DNA from: Actinomycetota bacterium
GTDB taxonomy: Bacteria > Actinomycetota > CADDZG01 > JAHWKV01 > JAOPZY01
Assembly (NCBI GenBank): GCA_035765775.1
Contig: DASTWV010000057.1
Span: 27,160 to 91,159 of the forward strand
Reading direction: 5' to 3'
Length of the DNA: 64,000 nucleotides
The position numbers were made by a program, and so were the translations under genes. Shown here in pieces: positions 27,979 through 37,063 of the stretch. Position 1 is the first letter of the stretch; the number at the start of each line of letters is the position of its first letter. Below the pieces are notes generated by a model that saw nothing but the letters and a program-made list of their open reading frames with translations, was not told the DNA's origin and did not search any database.

Positions 27979-29505
27979 TTAACGGGGCGGGGGGTCCTCC
28001 CAGTCGTAGTGGGCGGGGCCGAGCTCGAAGGTCTCGGTTTGCTCCTCGTAGAGCCAGGCGTCCTCCGCTGGCGGCCCCGTGCTGGGGGACCGGGTGTCGG
28101 GGGGTGGCTTGGCCGCCTCCTCGATCACGCCCCGGGGCACCCCCGAGAAGCGGCCGTCCCTGCCGTAGAGCCCACAGATGACATCGACCAGGTTCATCGA
28201 CCCCCCGAGGTAGCGGCACAGGGTGTCGGTGGGCTCCACCGGGAAGCCGAGCTGGGCGGTGTAGGTGACCTCGGGGCGCTCCTCGGCGCCCACCTCCGAG
28301 CCATCGGGCCGCAGGAAGCAGAACTGCCCCGGGGCGGCCACCACGATGCGGTAGCCCCCCTCGTGCACCAAGACGTGGTGCGCCCAGCACAGCTGACACA
28401 GGTTGGCCAACGAGGTCTCCCCGCCCTTAGCCCAGTGCACGATGTGGTGGCCCTCGACATGGCGGGTGTGGCCACAGCCGGGGAACACGCAGCCCTGGTC
28501 CCGGGAGCCCAGGGCGGTGCGCAGGGGGGTGGGCAGGCACCGGCTGCGCCGCCCCACCGACAACGGCTGGCCGTCGGCGTCCTCGACGAGCGTGACCACG
28601 GTGGCGTCGCAGGTGATGCGCCGGGCGGACTCCGGGGCCAGGGGGGCCTCGGCCCCCGCCAGCTCGCAGCGGGCGTCTGGCCCGGGCTGGTGGCCGGAGA
28701 GCAGGGCGGCGTCGACGTGGACCACCACCTCGGCGCGGGCCGCCCCCGGGCGGGCGGAGCACTCCCGGTCCCGCACCGCCTCACAGATCGCCACCAGGGC
28801 GTCGGCCTGGCGGGCCTCCCAGGGCCGGCGTGCGGTCTCGGTCGGGGAGTCGCGCACCTCGAGCTGTTGCGCCTCGGCCTTGAGCTCGGCGGCCACCTGG
28901 TTGAGGGCCGCCTCGATCACCAGCCCGGCCTCCGGGGAGAAGGTGCCCGAGAGGTGGAAGAAGCCCTCGTCGTCGAAGCAGTACGACAGCCCCCGGGCCT
29001 CCCGCCCGGCCAGGGCGGCCTCGTTCCGGGCCGCCTCGCCATGGGCCGCCAGCAGCCAGCGGTAGCGGCGCAGCGCCCGCTCCAGCATCGGGCCGGTGGC
29101 CGCCCGGGCCAGGGCGATGAGCTCGTCTTCGATCTCGGGGGTGGCCACCCGGAGCAGGGCACCCACCTGGCTCCAGCACAGCTTGCCCGCCGAGAACGCC
29201 TGCCGGATCCTGGTGCACTCCTGCAGCCTGCGGGCCAGGGCGACCATCTCGCGTGCCGCCCGGGAGCCCATGCCCGCCCGGTAGCCCAGGAACGAGGCCA
29301 TGGCCGGGGTGCCCTCCCAGCCCCGGGCGGTCTCGTAGGCCGCGACCCAGCACAGCGCCTGGCACTGGGCGGCTGCCACCTGGCCGAGCAGGGAGACCAC
29401 CGCGTCCCCCAGGGCCTCGGTGCCGAAGTCCTCGGGCGGGAACAGATCCGTGGTCGGTTGCTCGAACATGTGTTCTATGATACCCGGCAGTGCAGAAGAA
29501 TGCAA
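27979..29505 (-). CDS. DUF222 / HNH endonuclease protein (REP13E12-like repetitive element protein)
   Basis: The DUF222 N-terminal region precedes an HNH motif, CVFPGCGHTRHVEGHHIVHWAKGGETSLANLCQLCWAHHVLVHEGGY. This is the architecture of the actinobacterial 13E12 repeat family. Confidence 0.8.
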   Translation of the reverse strand: MHSSALPGIIEHMFEQPTTDLFPPEDFGTEALGDAVVSLLGQVAAAQCQALCWVAAYETARGWEGTPAMASFLGYRAGMGSRAAREMVALARRLQECTRIRQAFSAGKLCWSQVGALLRVATPEIEDELIALARAATGPMLERALRRYRWLLAAHGEAARNEAALAGREARGLSYCFDDEGFFHLSGTFSPEAGLVIEAALNQVAAELKAEAQQLEVRDSPTETARRPWEARQADALVAICEAVRDRECSARPGAARAEVVVHVDAALLSGHQPGPDARCELAGAEAPLAPESARRITCDATVVTLVEDADGQPLSVGRRSRCLPTPLRTALGSRDQGCVFPGCGHTRHVEGHHIVHWAKGGETSLANLCQLCWAHHVLVHEGGYRIVVAAPGQFCFLRPDGSEVGAEERPEVTYTAQLGFPVEPTDTLCRYLGGSMNLVDVICGLYGRDGRFSGVPRGVIEEAAKPPPDTRSPSTGPPAEDAWLYEEQTETFELGPAHYDWEDPPPR

Positions 29506-29811
29506 GCGATGGGCAACGGATCTTGAAGATTTTCTTACGGTAGCTCGCTCGATCCCGCTGACAGCAGCGGTTCCGCGTCGCCGTTGCCCACTTCGTGGAA
29601 GATCTGGGGCCGGGCTGGCCCTTCCGGCCGGGCCTCAGGGTGAAGGGTATAGAAGGTGGAGGGAACCGGCGACATCATGGACCTTCCCCCCAGATGGGCG
29701 GGCCAGCTGGCAGTTCGGGCCCGGCGTCACGCCGGCGAGGCTCAGGTCGTGCGGCGCCCGATCCGCACCCACGACGTCTCCCGCTCCCGGGAGCGACGGC
29801 CTGACCCGCCG

Positions 29812-30438
29812 TCATCCTGCGTCTTCGCCGGCCGTTTCCTCCCCCGCCCGCGCTGCCGCCCGCAACTGGTCCTCGGACCAGGTCAGGCGGCCGCTGCGCA
29901 GATCGTCGACGACGCCCTCGACCCAGCGCAGCTCGGTCCCGGTCACCGCCCACTGGTACTCGGAGTCCAGCAGGGCGACCCGGGGCACGCCGACGGCGCC
30001 TCGCAGGCCCTCGGTCTGGCGGTCGAGCTCGGCCTGCAGGTCAGCTCGGCGGCACTCGAGCTGGGCCAGGGCATCGTCCGGCCCGAGCAGCATCACGAAG
30101 GACATCCCGGCCGGGAACTCGGGGAAGTCGGGAGCCGGGGAGGCGACCATCGCCCGGACCCATTCCACGACCACCCGTCGCCCCTCGGCGGTGATCTCGT
30201 AGACCACCCGCTCCGGGCGCTGACCCTCCCGGAGCACCTCCCGGACGGCGATGAGGCCTTCCCGGTCGAGGCGCTCGATGACCTTGTAGAGCGTCGCCCG
30301 CTGCCCGACGTTCACCACGTCGCCCTTGCCCCACTGCTTGAGCAGTTGTTGCATGCGGTACGGGTGCAACGGCTCGTAGCAGAGGAGGGCCAGGGCGGCC
30401 ATGGCCAGAGGGGAACGACGGTGCACGTCCGGACCCAT
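29812..30438 (-). CDS. PadR-family transcriptional regulator with C-terminal dimerisation extension
   Basis: The winged-HTH core reads MAALALLCYEPLHPYRMQQLLKQWGKGDVVNVGQRATLYKVIERLDREGLIAVRE, typical of PadR. Start is the ATG at 30438 or the internal ATG at 30402. Confidence 0.75.
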   Translation of the reverse strand: MGPDVHRRSPLAMAALALLCYEPLHPYRMQQLLKQWGKGDVVNVGQRATLYKVIERLDREGLIAVREVLREGQRPERVVYEITAEGRRVVVEWVRAMVASPAPDFPEFPAGMSFVMLLGPDDALAQLECRRADLQAELDRQTEGLRGAVGVPRVALLDSEYQWAVTGTELRWVEGVVDDLRSGRLTWSEDQLRAAARAGEETAGEDAG

Positions 30439-30475
30439 AATAACTAGTCCATTAGTTGTAGATACACTAGTTGCC
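30439..30475. promoter_or_regulatory. AT-rich palindromic element upstream of padR (candidate operator/promoter)
   Basis: Two ACTAGT palindromes 17 bp apart within the local GC minimum (AACTAGTCCATTAGTTGTAGATACACTAGTT), directly 5' of the PadR ORF. Confidence 0.35.
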
Positions 30476-30880
30476 CCTCCAACAGGGGAGAAGAGATCAT
30501 GGCAGATGCTCTGACCCCAGGGCTGATGCCCGCCGGTTCCTGCAACAACCCTGCCCGCACCCACTGACGCGTGTGAGGCACGGCACCGGTGGCCACATCG
30601 AGCTCCAGACGCGGTGGACACCGTGCGCGCAGACCGCGACGGCACGTGATCGTGCTCGATGCCGTGGTCATCGTCCCGGCCCCGGCTGACGACGGCCCGC
30701 TTGGCGCACGAGTCCGTACCCGACTCGTGGGCGAGCAGTTGGCTGCCCTGTGTTGATTGACCTCGAGGTCACCTCGGCTCTGCGAGGCCTGTGGCCGGCG
30801 GACCGTTGGCCCGCGGCTGGGCTCTCCGGCACACCCTGACGATCTACGACGCCCCCGGAGGGCTTTCAGGGACGCCTCTT

Positions 30881-32683
30881 TCAGGCGCTCGCCGGGGGCA
30901 CCCCCGGCACCCCCCGCACCCGCAGGCCGAGCTCCTTCAGCTGCGCCTCCTCGACAGCATCCGGCGCCCCGGTCAGCAGGTCGGTGAACGACGACGTCTT
31001 CGGGAAGGCGATCACCTCCCGGATCGAGTCCTTCCCTGCCAGCATCGCCACCAGCCGGTCGATGCCGAAGGCGATCCCGCCGTGGGGGGGGGCGCCGTAC
31101 TGGAACGCCCGCACGAACCAGCCGAAGCGCTGCTCGGCCCGCTCCTCGTCGATACCGATCAGCGAGAACACCCGGCGCTGCAGGTCCGGGCGATGGATAC
31201 GCACGGAGCCGCCGCCCAGCTCCCACCCGTTCAGCACCAGGTCGTAGGCCCGGGCGCGCACCGCCCCGGGGTCGGACTCCAGGATTGCCTCGTCGTCGGG
31301 ATGCGGGGCGGTGAAGGGGTGGTGGACCGGGTCCCAGCGGCGCTCGGTGTCGTTCCACTCCACCAGGGGCATGTCCACCACCCAGGTCAGCTGCCAGGAG
31401 GCAGGGTCGGTCGGGGCCAGGGCCGGCCGGAGCCCCAGCAGGTCCGCCACCGCCAGGCGCACCGCCCCGAGGGCCCGGTTGGCCACCGCCCGGCGGTCGG
31501 CCACCACCAGCACCAGGTCCCCATCGGTGGCCCCGGTGGCTGCGGCCAAAGAGTCCACCACCGCAGCGGACAGGAACTTGGCCAGCGGCGAGGTCACCCC
31601 GCCCTCGGCAGCGGCGTCGAACACCAGCCATGCCAGGCCCCCCGCCCCGTTGGCCTTGGCGACCGCGGTCAGGGCGTCGAGGTCCTTCCGGCCCCGCCCG
31701 GTCGCCGCCCATCCGGGCACGCAGACAGCCCGGGCCGCCCCCCCGGCGTCCAGGGCACGGCGGAACACTTGCACCTCGGAGGCGGCGAACACCGCTCCGA
31801 CGTCCACCATCGCCAGGCCGAAGCGCAGGTCGGGCTTGTCGGTGCCGTAGCGGTCCATCGCCTCCTCGAAGCGGATCCGGGGCAGGGGCACCGGGATGTC
31901 GACGCCGTGGGCGGCCCGGAACACGGCCGCCACCATGCCCTCCGTAACCCCCAGCACCGACTCCTCGTCGGCGAAGGACATCTCGACGTCCAGCTGCGTG
32001 AACTCGGGCTGGCGGTCCGCCCGGGGATCCTCGTCCCGCAGGCACTTGACGATCTGGTAGTAGCGGTCCACGCCCGCCACCATCAGCAGCTGCTTGAAGA
32101 GCTGGGGCGACTGCGGCAGGGCGAAGAACGCCCCCGGCTCCAGCCGGGAGGGCACCAGGAAGTCCCGGGCGCCCTCGGGCGTGCTCTTGGTCAGCAAGGG
32201 GGTCTCGACCTCCAGGAAGCCCTCGGCGTCGTAGTGCTCCCGGATGGCCCGGACCACCGTCGAGCGCAGCCGGAGCAGGGCCTGCATCTCGGGCCGGCGC
32301 AGGTCCAGGTAGCGGTAGCGCAGGCGGGTGTCCTCCCCCGCCTCGGTGCGGTCCTCGATCTGGAAGGGCGGGACGGCCGCCTCGGCCAGCAACTCGATCG
32401 ACGAGGCCGCCACCTCCACCTCCCCGGTGCCGATGTTCGGGTTCACGTTGGCGGGGGGCCGGGCCCGGACCTCGCCGGTGACCATCAGCACGAACTCCGG
32501 CCGCACCCGCTGCACGACGGTGTGCGCCTCCGGCGAGTCTTCGGGGTGCACCACCACCTGGACCAGGCCCTCCCGGTCCCGCAGGTCCAAGAACACCACC
32601 CCGCCGTGGTCCCGGCGGGCCTGCACCCAACCGGCGAGGCGCACCGAGCGGCCGGCATCCCCGGCACGCAGCAACCCGCACAT
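30881..32683 (-). CDS. aspS: Aspartyl-tRNA synthetase
   Basis: The class II aaRS N-terminal OB fold has RAGDAGRSVRLAGWVQARRDHGGVVFLDLRD. Motifs 1-3 are present (FFALPQSPQLFKQLLMV, GGGSVRIHR, GIAFGIDRLVAML). The internal ATG at 32683 is used, because the track extension upstream is Arg/Pro-rich. Confidence 0.9.
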   Translation of the reverse strand: MCGLLRAGDAGRSVRLAGWVQARRDHGGVVFLDLRDREGLVQVVVHPEDSPEAHTVVQRVRPEFVLMVTGEVRARPPANVNPNIGTGEVEVAASSIELLAEAAVPPFQIEDRTEAGEDTRLRYRYLDLRRPEMQALLRLRSTVVRAIREHYDAEGFLEVETPLLTKSTPEGARDFLVPSRLEPGAFFALPQSPQLFKQLLMVAGVDRYYQIVKCLRDEDPRADRQPEFTQLDVEMSFADEESVLGVTEGMVAAVFRAAHGVDIPVPLPRIRFEEAMDRYGTDKPDLRFGLAMVDVGAVFAASEVQVFRRALDAGGAARAVCVPGWAATGRGRKDLDALTAVAKANGAGGLAWLVFDAAAEGGVTSPLAKFLSAAVVDSLAAATGATDGDLVLVVADRRAVANRALGAVRLAVADLLGLRPALAPTDPASWQLTWVVDMPLVEWNDTERRWDPVHHPFTAPHPDDEAILESDPGAVRARAYDLVLNGWELGGGSVRIHRPDLQRRVFSLIGIDEERAEQRFGWFVRAFQYGAPPHGGIAFGIDRLVAMLAGKDSIREVIAFPKTSSFTDLLTGAPDAVEEAQLKELGLRVRGVPGVPPASA

Positions 32684-32730
32684 GTCGCTGCGGTAGGGGC
32701 TGAGCCCGGGGCCGCGCCCGTCCAGAGCGC

Positions 32731-33237
32731 TCACGGCGCCGCGCTCGCCATCCGGCGGGCCAGGCGCTCCCGGGTGGACTCGAGGCCCTCGGGCAGCACC
32801 ATGGTGTCGCCGAAGAGCGGCATGAAGTTGGTGTCGCCGCTCCAGCGGGGCACGGCGTGGATGTGGAGGTGGTCCGGGGCCCCCGCCCCTGCGGCCCGGC
32901 CGATGTTGATCCCGACGTTGCACCCGTCCGGGGTCATCTCCACCTTCAGGGCGGCCAGGGAGCGGATCAGCAGGTCCATCAGCGCCATGCGTTCCTCCAC
33001 GGTGAGCAGTTCCAGGTCGCCGATGTGGCGGGTCGGCACCACCATGACGTGCCCGCTGTTGTACGGGTAGCGGTTCAGCACCACGAAGGCGGCCGGCTCC
33101 CGGGCGACCACCAGGCTGGCGGCATCATCGGTGGAGGCGGCTGCATCGCACAGGAAGCATCCCGTCCCAGCGGTGGGGCCCTCCTTGGGGGCGCTGACGT
33201 AGGCCAGGCGCCAGGGCCGGAAGAGGCGCTCCATCAA
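32731..33237 (-). CDS. HIT-family (histidine triad) nucleotide hydrolase/transferase
   Basis: Cys cluster CFLC and HIT motif HLHIHAVPR (H-x-H-x-H). 168 aa. Its start overlaps the thrS stop by 4 nt. Confidence 0.85.
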   Translation of the reverse strand: MMERLFRPWRLAYVSAPKEGPTAGTGCFLCDAAASTDDAASLVVAREPAAFVVLNRYPYNSGHVMVVPTRHIGDLELLTVEERMALMDLLIRSLAALKVEMTPDGCNVGINIGRAAGAGAPDHLHIHAVPRWSGDTNFMPLFGDTMVLPEGLESTRERLARRMASAAP

Positions 33238-35042
33238 TCGAGGACGCCCCGGCGGGCGACCTCGTCCACCAGGCCGGCGACGAAGCGGTCCAGGGGCACC
33301 CCGTCGGACTTCTCGCCGGTGCGAGCCCGCACCGAGACCGTCCCGGCCTCCATCTCCCGGTCGCCCAGCACCAGCATGTACGGCACCTTCATCCCCTGGG
33401 CTTTGCGCACCCGGTTGCCCAGCGTCTCCCCGGACTCGTCCACCTCAGCCCGAAGGCCGGCCGCGGCCAGAGCCGCAGCAACCTCGGTCGCGTACGGCCC
33501 ATGCCGGTCGGCGATCGGGATGACCACGACCTGGATCGGCGCCAGCCAGGCGGGGAATGCGCCGGCGTAGTGCTCCACCAGGATGCCGAAGAACCGCTCC
33601 ACCGAGCCGAACAACGCCCGGTGGATCATCCACGGGCGGACGCGCTCGTTGTCGGCGCTGACGTAGGACATGTCGAAGCGGGCGGGCATGTTGAAGTCCA
33701 CCTGCAGGGTCGAGACCTGCCAGGCCCGGCCGATGGCGTCCCGGATGTCGACGTCGATCTTCGGCCCGTAGAAGGCGGCGTCCGCCTCGTTGATCACGTA
33801 GGGCACGCCCTCGGCCTCCAGGGCCTGGCGGAGCGCCGAGGTGGCCAGGTCCCAGCCCTCGTCGGTGCCCACGCTCTTGGCCGGGTCCCGGGTGGAGAGT
33901 TTGGCCTCGAAGGTGTCGAAGCCGAAGTCGCGCAGCATGCGCAGGACGAAGCCCAGCAGGCTGCGCAGCTCGTCCACCACCTGTTCCTCGGGCAGGAAGA
34001 TGTGGGCGTCGTCCTGGGTGAAGCCCCGGGCACGCAGAAGCCCGTGCAGGACGCCGCTGCGCTCGAAGCGGTACACCGAGCCGAACTCGAAGATGCGCAG
34101 CGGCAGCTCCCGGTAGGAGCGCATGCGGCTCTTGTAGACCAGGATGTGGAACGGGCAGTTCATCGGCTTGACGTAGTACTTGGCGCCCTCCAGCTCCATG
34201 GGCGGGTACATGTTCTCGGCGTAGAAGCCGAGGTGGCCCGAGATCTCCCACAGCGTGGACCGGGCGACGTGGGGCGTGAAGGCGAACTCGTAGCCCGAGC
34301 GCTCGTGCACCTGGCGGGAGTACTCCTCCATGATCCGGCGGATCAGCGACCCTTTCGGGTGCCACACCGCCAGCCCGCCGCCCAGCTCGGAGGGGAAGGA
34401 GAACAGGTCCAGCTCCGTGCCCAGCCGCCGGTGGTCGCGGCGCTGCGCCTCCTCGAGGCGGTGCAGGTAGGCCTCGAGGTCGGCCTTGGTGAACCACGCC
34501 GTGCCGTAGATCCGCTGCAGCATCGGGCGGTGCTCGTCGCCCCGCCAGTAGGCGCCCGAGGTGCGCAGGAGCTTGAAGGCCGGGATGGCGCCGGTGGAGT
34601 CGACGTGCGGGCCGCGGCACAGGTCCAGGTAGCTCTGGCCCGGCTTGGCCTTGCTGGGGTTGCGGTACAGCGACACCCGCTCCCCTTCGACGCCCTGCTC
34701 GGAGGACTCGCCGATGCCCTGCAGGATCTCCACCTTGTAGGGCTGGTCCGAGAACAGCTCGATCGCCTCCGGGATCGAAACCTCCTCGCGCTCGAAGGGC
34801 TGGTCCTGGCGGATGATCCCCTGCATCTGCTTCTCGATGGCCGCCAGGTCCTCGGGCAGGAACGGCCGGCCGATGTCGAAGTCGTAGTAGAAGCCGTCCT
34901 CGATGGGCGGACCGATGGCGTAGTGGGCGTCCGGCCACAGGGCGAGCACCGCCTGGGCCATGACGTGGGCCGCCGAGTGGCGCAGCACCGCCAGCGCCTC
35001 CGGGTCGTGGTCGCGCTCCGCCGGGGGCGCCTGCTCGCTCAT
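33234..35042 (-). CDS. thrS: Threonyl-tRNA synthetase (short form lacking N-terminal TGS domain)
   Basis: Begins close to the editing-domain HxxxH motif (RHSAAHVMAQAV). The class II catalytic core (HRRLGTELDLFSF, FTQDDAHIF, RPWMIHRALFGSVERF) and an anticodon-binding domain are present. 602 aa from the internal ATG at 35042. Confidence 0.9.
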   Translation of the reverse strand: MSEQAPPAERDHDPEALAVLRHSAAHVMAQAVLALWPDAHYAIGPPIEDGFYYDFDIGRPFLPEDLAAIEKQMQGIIRQDQPFEREEVSIPEAIELFSDQPYKVEILQGIGESSEQGVEGERVSLYRNPSKAKPGQSYLDLCRGPHVDSTGAIPAFKLLRTSGAYWRGDEHRPMLQRIYGTAWFTKADLEAYLHRLEEAQRRDHRRLGTELDLFSFPSELGGGLAVWHPKGSLIRRIMEEYSRQVHERSGYEFAFTPHVARSTLWEISGHLGFYAENMYPPMELEGAKYYVKPMNCPFHILVYKSRMRSYRELPLRIFEFGSVYRFERSGVLHGLLRARGFTQDDAHIFLPEEQVVDELRSLLGFVLRMLRDFGFDTFEAKLSTRDPAKSVGTDEGWDLATSALRQALEAEGVPYVINEADAAFYGPKIDVDIRDAIGRAWQVSTLQVDFNMPARFDMSYVSADNERVRPWMIHRALFGSVERFFGILVEHYAGAFPAWLAPIQVVVIPIADRHGPYATEVAAALAAAGLRAEVDESGETLGNRVRKAQGMKVPYMLVLGDREMEAGTVSVRARTGEKSDGVPLDRFVAGLVDEVARRGVLD

Positions 35043-35097
35043 GGCTCGCAGACTACCAAGCAGCCTTCGGGCGCCCCCCGGCGGGTAGGGTGGGGGC

Positions 35098-35427
35098 ATG
35101 CCCGCACCGGAGGAGGCCAGCCGCATCCCGGCGGACCAGATCGTCCGGGACTTCCTGCACGCCCAGAACCTGGAGCAGGTGGGCAAGGCGGAGGAGGCGG
35201 TGGGCCTCTACGAGGAGGCGGTCGCCGCCGGGTTCGACGCCGCCGGGCCCTACGACCGCCTGATCTTCATCTACCAGCAGCGCCGGGCGCACCGGGACGT
35301 CATCCGGGTGTGCGAGGCGTCGCTGCGGGCCGTGCGCACCTACGAGGCGAAGCGCACCTGGTACCGGGCGCAGATGGCCGAGGCCGAGAAGGCCCTCGGG
35401 GCGCCGCCGGCGCCGACCGCCCGGTAG
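35098..35427 (+). CDS. Hypothetical small helical protein
   Basis: 109 aa with high GC3 and TPR-like helical composition (EEAVGLYEEAVAAGFDAAGPYDRLIFIYQQRRAHRDVIRVCEASLRAV). Confidence 0.45.
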   Translation: MPAPEEASRIPADQIVRDFLHAQNLEQVGKAEEAVGLYEEAVAAGFDAAGPYDRLIFIYQQRRAHRDVIRVCEASLRAVRTYEAKRTWYRAQMAEAEKALGAPPAPTAR

Positions 35428-35484
35428 CTGGAGGCCACGGCAGGCAGGACCCGCCGGCGTTCCGTGGGCAGGAAACCGGGGCGG

Positions 35485-36390
35485 CTAGGCCCGGCCCTCG
35501 TAGACGTCGACGAAGTGGCGGTACTTGCGTGCGATCAGCGCGGCGCCCGCTGAGCGGTCCATCGTCCCGCTCGCCACGCCCTTCACGGACTCGTTGAAGA
35601 TCGACCGCCCGATGGCGAAGCCGAGGTAGCCCGGCACGCCGGCCCCGGCCCGCAACCAGGTCTCCACCTTGGCGTCGTCCGCCCCCCGGCCCAGCACCAC
35701 GCAGCCCACGGTGTCCCGGCCGTCCCGGCGGACCAGTTCGGAGACCTGCCCGCAGGTCTCCCGGGACTCCAGGCCCTCGATCTTCCAGACGTCGGGGTCG
35801 ATGCCGGCCTCCTGGATCTCCTCGATGATGCGCAGCATCAGCCCGGGGCGGACCTCGGTGTCGTAGCGGTTGGCGTCGCCGCCCACGGCGGCGAGTTGCG
35901 CAGGCGTCGCCGGCACCAGCAGCTCGAAGAGGAACCGCCGGCCGTGGTCGGCCAGCCAGTCGCCGAGGCGCTTGAGGCGGGCGAACTGGCGCTGGTTCAT
36001 CTCGGGGTCCCACTCCGGGTTGGAGCGCACCAGCACCTTGGCGAAGGTGGGGTCGAACTCCTCGATGTGGTCCCCGAAGGCGTCGCCGTACTCGAAGTCG
36101 AACTCGTCCTGGCCGGTCTTCTCCACCGGCATGGCGAAGGGGAACCCGTCCGCCTTCGCCTTGCGGGCGACGTCGGCGCCGTACTGCTCGTCGGTGAGCA
36201 CCCCGGCGGTCTCCACGGCGGCGCCGTCGGCGATGGCCTGCTGCAGGCCCTCGAAGATCAGCAGCTTGCCGTCGGCGATCCGCGCGGTGTCCTCAGCGGT
36301 CGGCGGCCCGGTTACGCCGAAGAGCTTCTGGAAGGACCCCCGGTGGTCGAAGGCCATGATGTAGATCGTGCGGTCGTAGCCGAGTGGCAT
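35485..36390 (-). CDS. DUF2090-family protein (IolC C-terminal-like, putative aldolase)
   Basis: N-terminal IYIMAFDHRGSF and TIM-barrel-like alternation. 301 aa. Family assignment is by recollection of the DUF2090 N-terminal motif. Confidence 0.55.
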   Translation of the reverse strand: MPLGYDRTIYIMAFDHRGSFQKLFGVTGPPTAEDTARIADGKLLIFEGLQQAIADGAAVETAGVLTDEQYGADVARKAKADGFPFAMPVEKTGQDEFDFEYGDAFGDHIEEFDPTFAKVLVRSNPEWDPEMNQRQFARLKRLGDWLADHGRRFLFELLVPATPAQLAAVGGDANRYDTEVRPGLMLRIIEEIQEAGIDPDVWKIEGLESRETCGQVSELVRRDGRDTVGCVVLGRGADDAKVETWLRAGAGVPGYLGFAIGRSIFNESVKGVASGTMDRSAGAALIARKYRHFVDVYEGRA

Positions 36391-36405
36391 CGCGGTCCAG
36401 CCCTC

Positions 36406-37014
36406 CTAGTCGTCTGCTCCGTCGTCGGTGTCCAGCCCGCTGTGGAGTTCGGCGTGCAGGGCGGCCAGGTCGGCCAGCTCCCCGGCGGTCCTGCCCGCCT
36501 CCACCTCGTGGGCACGGATGAGGTGCCCCACCATCTTCTCCTCGTCCGACAGGAGCAATACCCAGTCGCCGATCACCTCGCCCAGGCTCTCGACCCAGGC
36601 GGGCCGGTCATCCTCGGGCTGAGCCATCAGCTCCTCGAGGACGGGGTCGAGCATGCTGCGCGGGATCAGGCCCAGCACCCCCGCCACCGGGAACACATCG
36701 GAGACCACGAGGCGCCCGTCGCGTTCCTGCGCCAGGTGGAAGTCCCGGCCCCGGTACTGGCGGACCCAGCCCTCGAGCGCGTCGTCGTCCTCCAGGTCCC
36801 GCAGGCTCTCCACGACAAAGTCGAAGGTCTCCGCCCGGGACAGCGCGAGGTCCCAGTCGGCGATCAGGACGAAGGCTTCCAGCGCCTCCTCGAGCTCGGC
36901 CGTGACCGGGACATCGAGCTCGTCGCCCTCCCAGTCCTCGCCCTCGTCCTCGTCGTCCTCGAGATCCTCGTCCAACTCCTCTTCGAGGGTCTCGTCGTCA
37001 TCGCCGTTGGCCAT
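36406..37014 (-). CDS. Acidic hypothetical protein
   Basis: 202 aa. The N-terminal 40 aa is poly-Asp/Glu (DDDETLEEELDEDLEDDEDEGEDWEGDE) and the protein is overall highly acidic. Tightly follows the ABC-F gene. Confidence 0.5.
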   Translation of the reverse strand: MANGDDDETLEEELDEDLEDDEDEGEDWEGDELDVPVTAELEEALEAFVLIADWDLALSRAETFDFVVESLRDLEDDDALEGWVRQYRGRDFHLAQERDGRLVVSDVFPVAGVLGLIPRSMLDPVLEELMAQPEDDRPAWVESLGEVIGDWVLLLSDEEKMVGHLIRAHEVEAGRTAGELADLAALHAELHSGLDTDDGADD

Positions 37015-37063
37015 GGCCGGATCATACCGAGAAGGGCCGCAGCCCCAAACCGATGGGACCGCC

